From the NCBI GenBank assembly GCA_963665095.1, contig OY762069.1, forward strand, positions 3,936,001-4,000,000: DNA of 64,000 bases, written 5' to 3'. This DNA is from an uncultured Desulfobacter sp. (lineage in GTDB: Bacteria; Desulfobacterota; Desulfobacteria; Desulfobacterales; Desulfobacteraceae). Numbering within the stretch: position 1 is the stretch's first letter; every line of letters starts with the position of its first letter. The notes below the pieces were generated by a model. That model was not told where the DNA came from, did no database searches, and saw nothing but the letters and a program-made list of their open reading frames with translations. Below are positions 50,414 through 60,559 of the stretch, one piece after another. Made by a program: the position numbers and the translations under genes.

Positions 50414-52087
50414 ATGAACGAAAATCTATCCTATCAAAAATTCGATCAATCCTGGGGAGTAGGCCCTTTACCCGCCTTTCCGGACAAGCCGCTCCATGAA
50501 ATTCTTCGGGAGACTGCTGCCCGGGTACCTAAAAAGGATGCGGTCATCAGCCTGCACTATCGGCTCAGCTATGAGGATTTGAACCTCTACAGCGACCGGT
50601 TTGCTGTGTATCTGGCAGAACTGGGATTAAAAAAGGGCGATCGTGTTGCAACCATGCTGCCGAACTGTATTCAGCATGCCATTGCTATCTATGGCATTCT
50701 CAAGGCCGGCTGCACCATGGTGCCGTTCAATGTTATGTTAAAGGGCCAGGAGGCTCAGTACATCCTGGAGGAATCCGAAGCAAAAGTTCTTGTCTGCCTT
50801 GACCTGTTGTTGCCCATGGTCCGGCCTGTTGCGGAATCACTGGGCCTGACCAAGGTTGTAACGGTTCATGTTAAAGATTTCAGCGCGCCAACAGCCACTA
50901 TTCCGCCGATGCTTTCCGGTGACAAGCAACCTGTGGACGGGGCAACCGATTTTATGGCTATTATCAAAGCGGATCAGGGGGATGTGCCTTATGTTCATGT
51001 GGATTTAAAAAAAGACCTGGCCTGTATCCTTTATACCTCGGGAACCACGGGATTTCCCAAAGGGGCCATGATCACCCACTACAACTACCATGCTAACAGC
51101 AATGTCGTCCTTGGGCCGCTAGGATTAACGGGAGAAGATACCATCATGCTGTTATTTCCCCTGTTTCATGTGGGTGGTCAGGCCCTGATCCTTTTCCCTG
51201 CAGTACGTTCCGGTGCCACCTGTGTTGCGATTCCCGTTTTCAGCCCGGGAGACACGCTGGATCTTATCCAGCGCTTCGGCATCTCCTACACATTTGCACC
51301 GCCCACCGCTTATATCGGGCTTTTAAACCACCCTGATTTCAATAAATTTAATCTGTCAAGCCTGCGCATGACCACCTCAAGCGGGGCGCTGGTTCCTGCC
51401 GCCCTGAAAAAACAATGGGAAGAGGCCATAGGAACGTACCTTTTCGCCGGCTACGGGTGCACGGAATCGACAGCTGCCTCGCCAGGCATTGTGGAACAAG
51501 TCAACAGGAAAAATTCGGAGAATGGTTGCATCGGGGCTGCTTTGGGCGGTGAAATGAAAATTGTGGATACAAGTGGAAACATTGTGCCCAGAGGAACCAT
51601 TGGAGAATATGTACTCCGGGGAGACGGCATCGTCCAGGGTTACCTGAAAAAGCCTGATGAAACCAGAGCCTGTTTTCTCGAAGATGGCTGGTGGGCTACA
51701 GGTGATGCCGGTTACATGAACGAAGATGGATTTTGTTTCTTTGTTGAACGGATCAAGGATCTGATCGTTGCCTCGGGATACAACATTGCCCCGGCAGAGG
51801 TGGAGAACTACCTGTATAAACATCCGGCTATTCAGGAAGTAGCCGTGATCGGCATCCCGGATGATTACCGGGGAGAAACAGTAAAGGCCTTTGTCGTCCT
51901 GAAGGAAGAGGAGAAAGGAAAGGTTACCGAAGATGATATCATCGCTTTTGGGAAGGAAGCCATGGCGTCCTATAAAACGCCCAAACTGGTTGAATTTATA
52001 GACGCTATCCCTAAAAATCCCTCGGGCAAGACCCTTCGTCGTCTGCTCAGGGAAAAAGAAGACCTGACACACAAAAAGACGACCTGA
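50414..52087 (+). CDS. Acyl-CoA synthetase (AMP-forming, FadD-like)
   Basis: YTSGTTGFPKG, GYGCTE, TGD, R.KD, PKNPSGK. Confidence 0.93.
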   Translation: MNENLSYQKFDQSWGVGPLPAFPDKPLHEILRETAARVPKKDAVISLHYRLSYEDLNLYSDRFAVYLAELGLKKGDRVATMLPNCIQHAIAIYGILKAGCTMVPFNVMLKGQEAQYILEESEAKVLVCLDLLLPMVRPVAESLGLTKVVTVHVKDFSAPTATIPPMLSGDKQPVDGATDFMAIIKADQGDVPYVHVDLKKDLACILYTSGTTGFPKGAMITHYNYHANSNVVLGPLGLTGEDTIMLLFPLFHVGGQALILFPAVRSGATCVAIPVFSPGDTLDLIQRFGISYTFAPPTAYIGLLNHPDFNKFNLSSLRMTTSSGALVPAALKKQWEEAIGTYLFAGYGCTESTAASPGIVEQVNRKNSENGCIGAALGGEMKIVDTSGNIVPRGTIGEYVLRGDGIVQGYLKKPDETRACFLEDGWWATGDAGYMNEDGFCFFVERIKDLIVASGYNIAPAEVENYLYKHPAIQEVAVIGIPDDYRGETVKAFVVLKEEEKGKVTEDDIIAFGKEAMASYKTPKLVEFIDAIPKNPSGKTLRRLLREKEDLTHKKTT

Positions 52088-52122
52088 AAGGTCATTGCAG
52101 AGGGATTTTAAAAAACAAAAAA

Positions 52123-53040
52123 TTAAAGGGTATACATGTTCTGGAACCAGCTTTGGAAACCGCCGGGCTCACCGCCCGTAGCCACAATGGCTTTCAGGAT
52201 TTCGGAAAGCTTGGCGGTCACAGGGCCGGGGGCCGGCAGGTCACGGCCCTCAAACCGGCAGACAGGTTTTACCTTTACACCGGTGTGGCAGGTGAACAAC
52301 TCATCTGCCGTGTACACATCTTCTTTGGTCAAAAGCGCTTCCTGTACATCCAGGCCGTTGGCCCTGCCTGCAGCCAGAATGGAATCCCGGGACACGCTGG
52401 CCAGTATATTTCCCAAAGGCGGGGTTTTAATCACATTTTTTTTGACGACAAAGACTGATTCAATGGAACCTTCAGCCAGATGTCCGTCGGCATTCACAGT
52501 AATGCCCAAGTCAAAGCCGCGCTGTTTTGCATCCTTTAAAACCAGATAACCGGGCAGATAGTTTGCACAGGCCTTGGCCATAACCGGAATCGCATGGGGA
52601 TCCGGCTTGTTCCATTTGGAAAAGCACACCTTTCTTGGCGTGTCATCGTCCAGGTGCAGTTCCGGGGCCTCAGGCACTGTAAACACTGCGATGTCCAGCG
52701 CAGAGTCCAGAACCAGATTGATTATGGCCTCTTCACTCCAGTAACCCATGATTTTTACCATGCCCCTTTTGATCCTATTGGCTTCGCAGACATCTGCCAC
52801 GGCCGCAGAGATCTGATCAAAGGAAAACCCCGCCTTCATTTCAAGAATTTCCAAAGTCCGGGCCATACGCTCCAGATGCTTGTCCATCCTGAAAGTTACC
52901 ACCCGGTTGTCCACCACGTGGGTACCAAAGGCTTCAAAAATGGCGGACCCCCGGGACAATCCATGGGACAGCACAGGCACCTGGGCAGCCTCCCAGGGAA
53001 CGATCTCGCCATTCAACCAGATCTTTAAACTATCATTCAT
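52123..53040 (-). CDS. PLP fold-type IV aminotransferase (IlvE/DAAT family)
   Basis: HLERM, AKACANY (PLP Lys), AEGS, ILASVSR, ADELF. Confidence 0.88.
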   Translation of the reverse strand: MNDSLKIWLNGEIVPWEAAQVPVLSHGLSRGSAIFEAFGTHVVDNRVVTFRMDKHLERMARTLEILEMKAGFSFDQISAAVADVCEANRIKRGMVKIMGYWSEEAIINLVLDSALDIAVFTVPEAPELHLDDDTPRKVCFSKWNKPDPHAIPVMAKACANYLPGYLVLKDAKQRGFDLGITVNADGHLAEGSIESVFVVKKNVIKTPPLGNILASVSRDSILAAGRANGLDVQEALLTKEDVYTADELFTCHTGVKVKPVCRFEGRDLPAPGPVTAKLSEILKAIVATGGEPGGFQSWFQNMYTL

Positions 53041-53065
53041 TGTTACATTCCTCATTGGTAAATTA

Positions 53066-54397
53066 TTACATGCCAAGAAACAGCGGCACGACAGGCACTG
53101 CCTTGGGCATTATAAGATGCGGCAGGGTCAGTGACAAGGGCGGAAAATAAGTTGTCAGCAGCATGACCGGCAAAGATACGGTACAGATAAACATCAGCTG
53201 GGGCTTGATCAGCCGGTCTATGGGGCAGTTGCCCACCCGGGCGGACAAATACAGAATAGGTGCTGTGGGCGGTGTTTTATTGCCAAGGCCCAGATTGGTT
53301 CCTAAAATGGCCGCAAAATGGATGGGGTGGATGCCAATTTCAGTGACAACCGGGAACAGGAGCGCGGCCGCCAGAATCGTGCCGGAAAAATCATCCATAA
53401 TCATGCCCAGAAGCAACAAAAAGATGTTAACCAGCAGCAGGATCAAGTATTTATTGTCAGTCAGCCCGAACAGGGCCTCAATCATTTTCTGGGGAACGTT
53501 CTCCATGACATAAATTTTAGAAAGCATCATCACGAAAAACACCATTAATACGATAACACCCGTTGTGGTGACGGAGGAGACCAATGAGTCTCTCAGCATT
53601 TTTAAAGTCATGGTCCGGTACACCAGAAACCCCACAAGGATACAGTAAATGGAGGCCACGCCGGCCGCTTCGGTGGGGGTGAAAATACCGCCGTAAATGC
53701 CGCCCAGCACAATTACCGGCAATAGCAGCGCCCAAAACCCCTTTTTAAGGGCCGAACCAAACTCTTTTGTCTTTTCTGTGAAAGTGGCCGGCGGCAGTAC
53801 CTTGATGGGAAGTTTTCTGACCACCACCCAGTTCACGAAACTGTAGAGGCAGACCATGATCAGGCCGGGAACCACCGTTGAAAGAAAGCAGGCGGCCACA
53901 GACTGCCAGGTCACCCAGGCATATAAAATCATGGGCACACTGGGGGGGATCAGCTGACCTTCCACCGAGGCGGCGGAGATAATGGCGGTGGCATGCCCTC
54001 TGGGATATCCGCGTTCCACCATCCTTGGAATCATGATGCTTCCCACGGCTGCCACTGCCGCCGTACAGGTTCCTGATATGGCGCCGAACAGGGCGGAACT
54101 TAACACCGATACGGTGCCGAGCCCGCTTTTGGTTCTGCCGAACAGGGAGTCGGATACCGCCACAAGCCTTGCTGCAATACCGGTGCTGCTCATAATGCCG
54201 CCCATAAGAATAAAAAACAGGACGCAGAGAACCGCCAGGGAGTTAATCTGGTGAAATCCCGTGGAAATCAGAAAGACCGGATTGAAACCACCGGTGGACA
54301 CCATCATGAAAAGGACAGCCGCCATAAAGCAGAAGGGAACGGGAACGCCTAAGATCATTAAAACCAAAAGAATTACCAAATCAATGACGACATTCAT
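53066..54397 (-). CDS. dctM: TRAP transporter large permease
   Basis: GAISG, IPPSVP, FTPTEA, TPP. Confidence 0.92.
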   Translation of the reverse strand: MNVVIDLVILLVLMILGVPVPFCFMAAVLFMMVSTGGFNPVFLISTGFHQINSLAVLCVLFFILMGGIMSSTGIAARLVAVSDSLFGRTKSGLGTVSVLSSALFGAISGTCTAAVAAVGSIMIPRMVERGYPRGHATAIISAASVEGQLIPPSVPMILYAWVTWQSVAACFLSTVVPGLIMVCLYSFVNWVVVRKLPIKVLPPATFTEKTKEFGSALKKGFWALLLPVIVLGGIYGGIFTPTEAAGVASIYCILVGFLVYRTMTLKMLRDSLVSSVTTTGVIVLMVFFVMMLSKIYVMENVPQKMIEALFGLTDNKYLILLLVNIFLLLLGMIMDDFSGTILAAALLFPVVTEIGIHPIHFAAILGTNLGLGNKTPPTAPILYLSARVGNCPIDRLIKPQLMFICTVSLPVMLLTTYFPPLSLTLPHLIMPKAVPVVPLFLGM

Positions 54398-54930
54398 ATT
54401 TCCTGATCCTTTTCAATCAGCTGGGAAAAAATCGATTTTTTTCCAAATGACAATAAGCAATTGTCTATCAATTCAAGTGCAAAATAAAAGGCCATGGCCA
54501 CGGATCCGATAAACACGGCACTCTGGCAGATAATTTTGGGCAGCAGCAGGGCCTGGGACGTCCCCCCTCTTTTCAGCTCCCACATAAAATAGGGATAGGT
54601 CCATGTCACCAGCGTGACGGCCAGGATCACGGTGAAGACGCTGGCCACGGACCGTAAAACAGCCAGGGTACGTTGATTTTTCACCCAGATATTGATCAAC
54701 TCCGCCTTGATATGGGTCCTTTCGTAGGCACCATAAGCCGCCCCCATAAAATAGAGCCAGATTCCGATAAAAAGAATGAGTTCCTCAATGCCGAAAAGGG
54801 GGGAACCCAGAACATACCGTAAAAATACCTCTGTAAAAATCAAAATACCGACAACCGCACCGCCGCCGACCATGATCACCTTCTGAAGAAACAGAGGCAG
54901 TTTCCAGAGAAACATTGCGAATTTTTTCAT
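54394..54930 (-). CDS. dctQ: TRAP transporter small permease
   Basis: EVFLRYV...IEEL, HI; four TMs. Confidence 0.88.
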   Translation of the reverse strand: MKKFAMFLWKLPLFLQKVIMVGGGAVVGILIFTEVFLRYVLGSPLFGIEELILFIGIWLYFMGAAYGAYERTHIKAELINIWVKNQRTLAVLRSVASVFTVILAVTLVTWTYPYFMWELKRGGTSQALLLPKIICQSAVFIGSVAMAFYFALELIDNCLLSFGKKSIFSQLIEKDQEI

Positions 54931-55204
54931 ATATTCACTATTCACACCCAAAGGGTGCCAGTTAGTTATAATTCCAGTCCCGGTCCGGTTTTGGTTCCGG
55001 TGCAGGCGGCCGGGAAAGCCGCCTGCACCGGACAAAATCAGACAGGAGTGATTTTATTGATTCGCCAGGCACATCGTGGCCAACGGCCTGTGCGAAGAGG
55101 AGGACTTACCCGGATGTAAGACCCAAGACACGCTGCACCCAGGCATGTGAGAATTGCAGCGTGTCGGGGCAAGACGGCAGTAAGGGAAGTCCTCCCCCTA
55201 ATAC

Positions 55205-56224
55205 TTATTTCATACCTACGTGTTCCCGGCATTCATCCACAAGTCGTTTGCCGATCAGGCTTTCCAGTTCCGGCCAGACTTCTGTACGAATTTTTGTTGC
55301 AAAGGCTTTAAGCTGTTCGTCCGTGGGAACAATCACTTTCATACCATATTCACTCATTTTCTGACGATACTCAGCATCTTCTTTCAGGAAGTAATCCCAA
55401 CGGCCGTCAATCTGTTTCTGGGCAGAAGCCAGGATCGCTTTCCGGTCGGCGTCTGTCAGGTTTTTCCATTTGTCCAGATTGACCATGAACCACAGGGGCT
55501 CAAGGAAATCATTGGTCTGGATCCACACTTTCTGGATATCGCGGAACTGATACCCCTGGAAGGGAGGCCCTCCGCTTTCACCTTCAGCCACACCGCGTTC
55601 AATGGCGGAATAGGTTTCAGCATAAGGGATGGTGGAAGGAATGTAGCCCAGCGCTTTCCAGGTGAGCTGACAGGCCTTGAGCGGCATGACACGGACCTTC
55701 ATTTTATTGGGTGCCATGTCAGCCCAGCCTTCGGGCTCTTCCTTGGTGGTGATGCCGGCCCAGCCGGAAGGATAAATGCCAAGGCCTTTGATGCCTTCTT
55801 CCTCCAACAGCTTGCCAACCATGTTGAACACCCAGCCACCCTGATTATAGGCAGCTTTCGCCTCTTCCGTGTTTGTGAACATATAGGGCATGTAATACCC
55901 GATATTCAAGCGGGGATCATAGTTGGGAGCAAGGGGGAGCAACCCCATGTCCACGTCTCCGCGCATGATATATTCGTTCACATCCACCCAATCGCCAAGC
56001 ACGCCGCCGGAGTAGACTTTAATCTCAACCCGGCCCTGGGTTGCCTGTTTCACATCTTCGGCAAATGCCATACATCTTCTGTGGTGGTCACTGTCTTCAG
56101 GCATGATCTGGGCCAGACGCCAGGTAACCTTGTAATCCTTTGCCACGCAGAAACCGGTCATGCCCAGTGACAGCAATGTCACGGCACCAGCAAGTGCTGC
56201 CAGCTGCTTCACTCTTCTGAACAT
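55205..56224 (-). CDS. dctP: TRAP transporter substrate-binding protein
   Basis: RBS ggagga, signal peptide, KVRVM, YSAIERGV.EG. Confidence 0.9.
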   Translation of the reverse strand: MFRRVKQLAALAGAVTLLSLGMTGFCVAKDYKVTWRLAQIMPEDSDHHRRCMAFAEDVKQATQGRVEIKVYSGGVLGDWVDVNEYIMRGDVDMGLLPLAPNYDPRLNIGYYMPYMFTNTEEAKAAYNQGGWVFNMVGKLLEEEGIKGLGIYPSGWAGITTKEEPEGWADMAPNKMKVRVMPLKACQLTWKALGYIPSTIPYAETYSAIERGVAEGESGGPPFQGYQFRDIQKVWIQTNDFLEPLWFMVNLDKWKNLTDADRKAILASAQKQIDGRWDYFLKEDAEYRQKMSEYGMKVIVPTDEQLKAFATKIRTEVWPELESLIGKRLVDECREHVGMK

Positions 56225-56405
56225 ACTTTTTCCTCCTTTTTCGGTTAACGGCACTGACAGGGCTGAAAAATCGCTTGCTTCATCAGCCATCCAAACTGCC
56301 GCGATTAGTTCCGGCTGGCCGCAAGATCCCTGCCTTGCCTGCCAACTCACTTTTTTGTTTTGTCTGTACTCAAACAAAAAACTAACAAAGCGATGCTCAC
56401 AATCA

Positions 56406-56423
56406 AAGCACATATCATGCCGT
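56406..56423 (-). promoter_or_regulatory. Sigma54 (-24/-12) promoter of the dctPQM-aminotransferase operon
   Basis: Minus strand ACGGCATGATATGTGCTT: GG-N10-GC. Confidence 0.6.
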
Positions 56424-56589
56424 TGTGTTGCCTGACCAGTTAAAAAACATTTACTAAAATAATAAATTTAAAATTCCAAAAGGTTAGCCTCTGTTTTATA
56501 TTTTGAAAGACCAGCCTGCCAGCAATCTTCCACATGAATACGACACCAAAACCGGCATTTTCCTTACACCAAATAACAATATTGTCATT

Positions 56590-57687
56590 TCACCAACAGC
56601 AGCCACGCAGGTCAATGGTCCATTCTCCTTCTATCTTCCCCTTGCGAACTAGAACATATTTGTCAAACTGGTTCACTGTGGGATCGCAGTGGCTGACCAC
56701 CAGCTCAATCTGATCGCCAAGAACCGGGAGGGGCAATCCCTTGTCAGTGCTGATTTTACCGTATTCATCGCCAAACCAGTCATAATTCAGTCCCGGATTG
56801 CCTATCACCCGGGGGATACCGCCGTCCCGGTAAAGGGATTTCAGTCCGGCGTCCACAGTTACAAATCTGTCATGACTGGCAGAGACCACCGTGGAAAGCA
56901 GGGTCATGGCCGGCGGAAATATCTGAACCCCGGGGTTGGCCGTCTGCCATCCAATGCCTGAATATTCCACATCCATAAGCACATAGGATCCGACCTGAAG
57001 TTCGGTGACCTCTTCAACTTCAAGGTCTATATCAAAGGTCCCGGTTCCGGAAGCACTGAAAATACGGCACTCCGGTCTTTCCTCTTTAAGGTGGTTAAAT
57101 ATCCGGGCAGCGCCTTTGAGGCTGTCAAGGGATGCTTTTCTGCGGTCATCAAATGATGCAATGTGCTGAACCTGGCCGGCATAGGCCTGGATGCCGCAAA
57201 GCGAAAGCTGTTCCAGGCCCATGATATGACGGGCGGCATCCATGGCCCTGTCAAGGGGGACACCGGTTCTGTTCAGCCCCACATCCAGGTCCAGAAGCAC
57301 CTTCATGGTTGTCCCGCAGGCCTTGAGTGCCTCGTTCAGGGCAACGGCTGTGTCCGGATGATCAATGGCGGTCATCAGCGTTGGAGACACAGCCGCCATC
57401 TGAGCCAGCTTCTGCACTTTAACCCGACCTGCCACAGGCCCCGTGATCAAGATATTTTCAATCCCCTTATTCATCAGAGCCCGGGCCTCGGAGAGCTTGG
57501 CCGCACTGATACCTGTGGCTCCGGCCGCTACCTGTCTTTCAGCCAAAGCTGAGCATTTATGGGTTTTTGCATGGGGCCGAAGCTGCTTGCCGGCTTTTTT
57601 TACGGTCTCCTGCATAAAAGAAATGTTTCTGTCCAGCTGGTCCAGGTCCAGAAGCAGGCAGGGAGTATCAAAATCTTTCCGGGTCAT
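56590..57687 (-). CDS. DSD1 / D-threonine-aldolase family PLP enzyme (fold III)
   Basis: TPCLLLD, RPHAKTHK, RTG, GTGT, DEYG, HCDPTVN. Confidence 0.9.
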   Translation of the reverse strand: MTRKDFDTPCLLLDLDQLDRNISFMQETVKKAGKQLRPHAKTHKCSALAERQVAAGATGISAAKLSEARALMNKGIENILITGPVAGRVKVQKLAQMAAVSPTLMTAIDHPDTAVALNEALKACGTTMKVLLDLDVGLNRTGVPLDRAMDAARHIMGLEQLSLCGIQAYAGQVQHIASFDDRRKASLDSLKGAARIFNHLKEERPECRIFSASGTGTFDIDLEVEEVTELQVGSYVLMDVEYSGIGWQTANPGVQIFPPAMTLLSTVVSASHDRFVTVDAGLKSLYRDGGIPRVIGNPGLNYDWFGDEYGKISTDKGLPLPVLGDQIELVVSHCDPTVNQFDKYVLVRKGKIEGEWTIDLRGCCW

Positions 57688-57770
57688 AGTTTACTTCCTT
57701 TGCAGTTACAGGCATGGTCTTACCTGAATGTTGCGTCAACGGGAATGCCTTTTAAATCCCGGTGCCGGGG

Positions 57771-59237
57771 TTAGCCTTTCAGCAGGCCGGTTCTGTGGTT
57801 AAACTCGGATATCAGTTCGTCTATCTGGTCCACCTGGCTGAAAATGCCGTCCCAGTAGTCATCATGGTCATACCACTGGGTATTGAGTTCATTGACGTCC
57901 TTGGCCTGCTGCTCCACCCAGGTATAGTACTTGAGGTTGTGGATCCGTTTGCGGTCATAGAACCCAAGCTCCTGCATATGATCCATACCGATGCCGGAAA
58001 GCATTTCAAGATCCTGCCAGACATCTTTTTCAGCGTAGCAACCCCGCTGGGCCGTCAGTTCGGAAAGACGTGAGCCGTATAGCTGCATGGAGTCCGTGGC
58101 AATGCTCACCACATAGTCCTTTTCCGTCAGCTCGTTGTATTTGGCAAACTTGACTGCGGCGATCATGTTGCCGATGCCTGAAATTCCCAGCAGGTCCAGC
58201 TGGTCCACCAGTTCCGGTGCCACCCCGGCCCTCTTGAGCACCTCCCTGCCAATGGGCTCATTAAAGAGACGCAACAGCCTTACCGGCACCTCATCATCCA
58301 CGGCAATGACAAAATCGGTCTCTTTGCAGTCATGGACCCAGGGCACATGTTTGTCGCCGATGCCTTCGATCCGGTGTCCGCCAAATCCGTTTTCAAGCAG
58401 GGTTGGGCACTGCAGGGCTTCGGCCACCGCAATCCTGGACCGGGGAAATTTCTTTTTGAGGTAATACCCGGCCGCCAGGGTCCCGCCGGAGCCTGATGCC
58501 GACACATATCCGGCAAACCGTTTTTCCGGATCGGGCAGACCTTGAAACACCTCCTCAACAGCCGCCCCTGTGACGGTGTAATGCCACAACGGGTTGCCCA
58601 TCTCATCAAACTGATTGAAAATGGTCAGGTCTTCGCCGGAATTTTTCAGCTCCCAGCACTTGTCAAAAATCTCCTTGACGTTGGATTCGCACCCCGGGGT
58701 GGCAATGACCTGGCCGGCAATTCTGCTGAGCCATTCAAACCGCTCTTTGGACATCTCCTCGGGCAGGATGGCAATGGCCTGACAGGCCAGCAACGCTGAA
58801 ATATAGGCCCCGCCCCGGCAGTAGTTGCCGGTGGAGGGCCAGACCGCCTTTGTCGTTGACGGATCAAACTGTCCGGTCACAAGACATGGGGCAAGGCACC
58901 CGTAAGTGGCACCCACCTTATGTGCTCCGGTGGGAAACCAGCGGCCGCACAGCATGATGATATTGGCCCTGCAGCCAGTCAGTTCCGGGGGAAGAACAAT
59001 ATGGTTCACCGGCCCGAACTGCCCGCCGCTCTCTTTGGGTTCGTTTTTCCAGGTAATCCTGAACAGATTGGCTGGATGAAGATCCCATAATCCCACACTT
59101 TTAAGCGTGTCCTTAATGCTTTGGGGCATGGTTTCCGGATCTTTCATCATCCCGTAGGTGGGCAGAATAATCTGTTTATCCCGGCAGAACGCGATATTGT
59201 TCTCCAGAATTTTTTGATTCATATCTAAATTGAGCAT
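57771..59237 (-). CDS. Uncharacterised PLP fold-type II enzyme
   Basis: GAHKVG, PSTGNY, SGSGGT, IEGIG. Confidence 0.8.
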   Translation of the reverse strand: MLNLDMNQKILENNIAFCRDKQIILPTYGMMKDPETMPQSIKDTLKSVGLWDLHPANLFRITWKNEPKESGGQFGPVNHIVLPPELTGCRANIIMLCGRWFPTGAHKVGATYGCLAPCLVTGQFDPSTTKAVWPSTGNYCRGGAYISALLACQAIAILPEEMSKERFEWLSRIAGQVIATPGCESNVKEIFDKCWELKNSGEDLTIFNQFDEMGNPLWHYTVTGAAVEEVFQGLPDPEKRFAGYVSASGSGGTLAAGYYLKKKFPRSRIAVAEALQCPTLLENGFGGHRIEGIGDKHVPWVHDCKETDFVIAVDDEVPVRLLRLFNEPIGREVLKRAGVAPELVDQLDLLGISGIGNMIAAVKFAKYNELTEKDYVVSIATDSMQLYGSRLSELTAQRGCYAEKDVWQDLEMLSGIGMDHMQELGFYDRKRIHNLKYYTWVEQQAKDVNELNTQWYDHDDYWDGIFSQVDQIDELISEFNHRTGLLKG

Positions 59238-59296
59238 ATTTTATCCTTGTTACTGTTTCATCCGGCAGGCATACTCCCGCCGGCACGTGCAATGGA

Positions 59297-60469
59297 TCAT
59301 TCCAACGATCCAAGAGCGCCTGCCGCAATGACGGCATAGCCCTTTCTGGCCTTTTCAAGCTGATCAATTTCCACATACTCATCTGCCACATGGGCCAGAT
59401 TTTCCTTTGACGGCCCGAATCCGACACTGGGGATGCCCCTTTCTCCCGCACTCTGGCTGGCATCGGTACAGAACCCGTAATAGGCCGTATCTGTGGGCAT
59501 GCCGCTGGTTTCCAATGCGGCCAGGATCTTTTGAACAAAGGGTTCATTCTGCTCAAAGCGCCAGGCTGGAAAAAATCGTTCGGTTTCAATAAAGGCCCCG
59601 GTATAGCATTGCGTTTCAGCCCGGGCAAGGGATACATCAGCTGAAAAAGAGGGGTCTTCAGCCTTCAGCCGGACAATGATATCCCGGATGGGGGCCAGCA
59701 CACTTTCCCGGGTCTCGCCGGGCAGGGTCCGCCTGTCCAGGGTGGCACGGCAGTAATTTGGGATCACTGAGGCGCCCGGATAGGGTGCTGACCGGATGTC
59801 AGTCACTTCAATAATGGCAGGCCCCAGGAAACTGTCTCCGGGAAGGGTCATGGATTCAATGGCGGATAAAAGCCGGGTCATTTTCTTCACTGCATTGATC
59901 CCCGCAGACGGCACGGAGGAGTGGGCGCTCTTCCCATAGGTCTCCACCACCACTTCCGCCCGTCCCCGCTGGCCGATTTTCAGGGTCAGCTCACTGGCCT
60001 CTCCAATGACCACAAGGTCGGGGGAGATCTCATCCAGAATCCGCCCCTGGGCTACCCCTTCAAACGCCTCTTCGCACACAACGCCTGCCACATAAATATC
60101 CCCGGCCAGGGTGGTCTTCCGGGGAATCAGATCCGCCGCTGCGTACACCATGGTCATGAGGGCGCATTTCATGTCGGACGTGCCCCGGCCGTAAATCCGG
60201 CCCTGGTCTATGATTCCCCCAAAAGGGTCAACATGCCAGGCTTCTGGATCACCCGCCCCCACGGTATCCATATGCCCCTGGAGCATGACACAGCCGGAGC
60301 CGCAGCCCTTTATCAGACCGATCACATTACCCACATCGTCAATCCAGGCCCGGTCATATCCCAAACCCTCCATGACGGACTTGAAAAAAGCGGCCACTTT
60401 GCCCTCCTCTCCAGATTCAGACGGAATCCGGATGGTACGGCAGCAGTCGTCTATAAATGAAGAGGACAT
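59297..60469 (-). CDS. M20 metallo-amidohydrolase, YgeY/ArgE-like
   Basis: GHMDTV, GRGTSDMK, EE..EG, GQRGR, AH, TDAS, AHVADE. Confidence 0.82.
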   Translation of the reverse strand: MSSSFIDDCCRTIRIPSESGEEGKVAAFFKSVMEGLGYDRAWIDDVGNVIGLIKGCGSGCVMLQGHMDTVGAGDPEAWHVDPFGGIIDQGRIYGRGTSDMKCALMTMVYAAADLIPRKTTLAGDIYVAGVVCEEAFEGVAQGRILDEISPDLVVIGEASELTLKIGQRGRAEVVVETYGKSAHSSVPSAGINAVKKMTRLLSAIESMTLPGDSFLGPAIIEVTDIRSAPYPGASVIPNYCRATLDRRTLPGETRESVLAPIRDIIVRLKAEDPSFSADVSLARAETQCYTGAFIETERFFPAWRFEQNEPFVQKILAALETSGMPTDTAYYGFCTDASQSAGERGIPSVGFGPSKENLAHVADEYVEIDQLEKARKGYAVIAAGALGSLE

Positions 60470-60559
60470 ATCTGCTCCTTATTTGTATCCCCGGAATGCC
60501 GGGGCGCTTTTTATATAATGATGAAAATATCGGTTTAACGTACAAATAATTCGGATACC

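Noticed and set aside
56590..56604. GCCW-TGA end of the DSD1 gene as possible selenocysteine
   Set aside because: Protein length and terminus match the family norm; no evident SECIS or conserved extension
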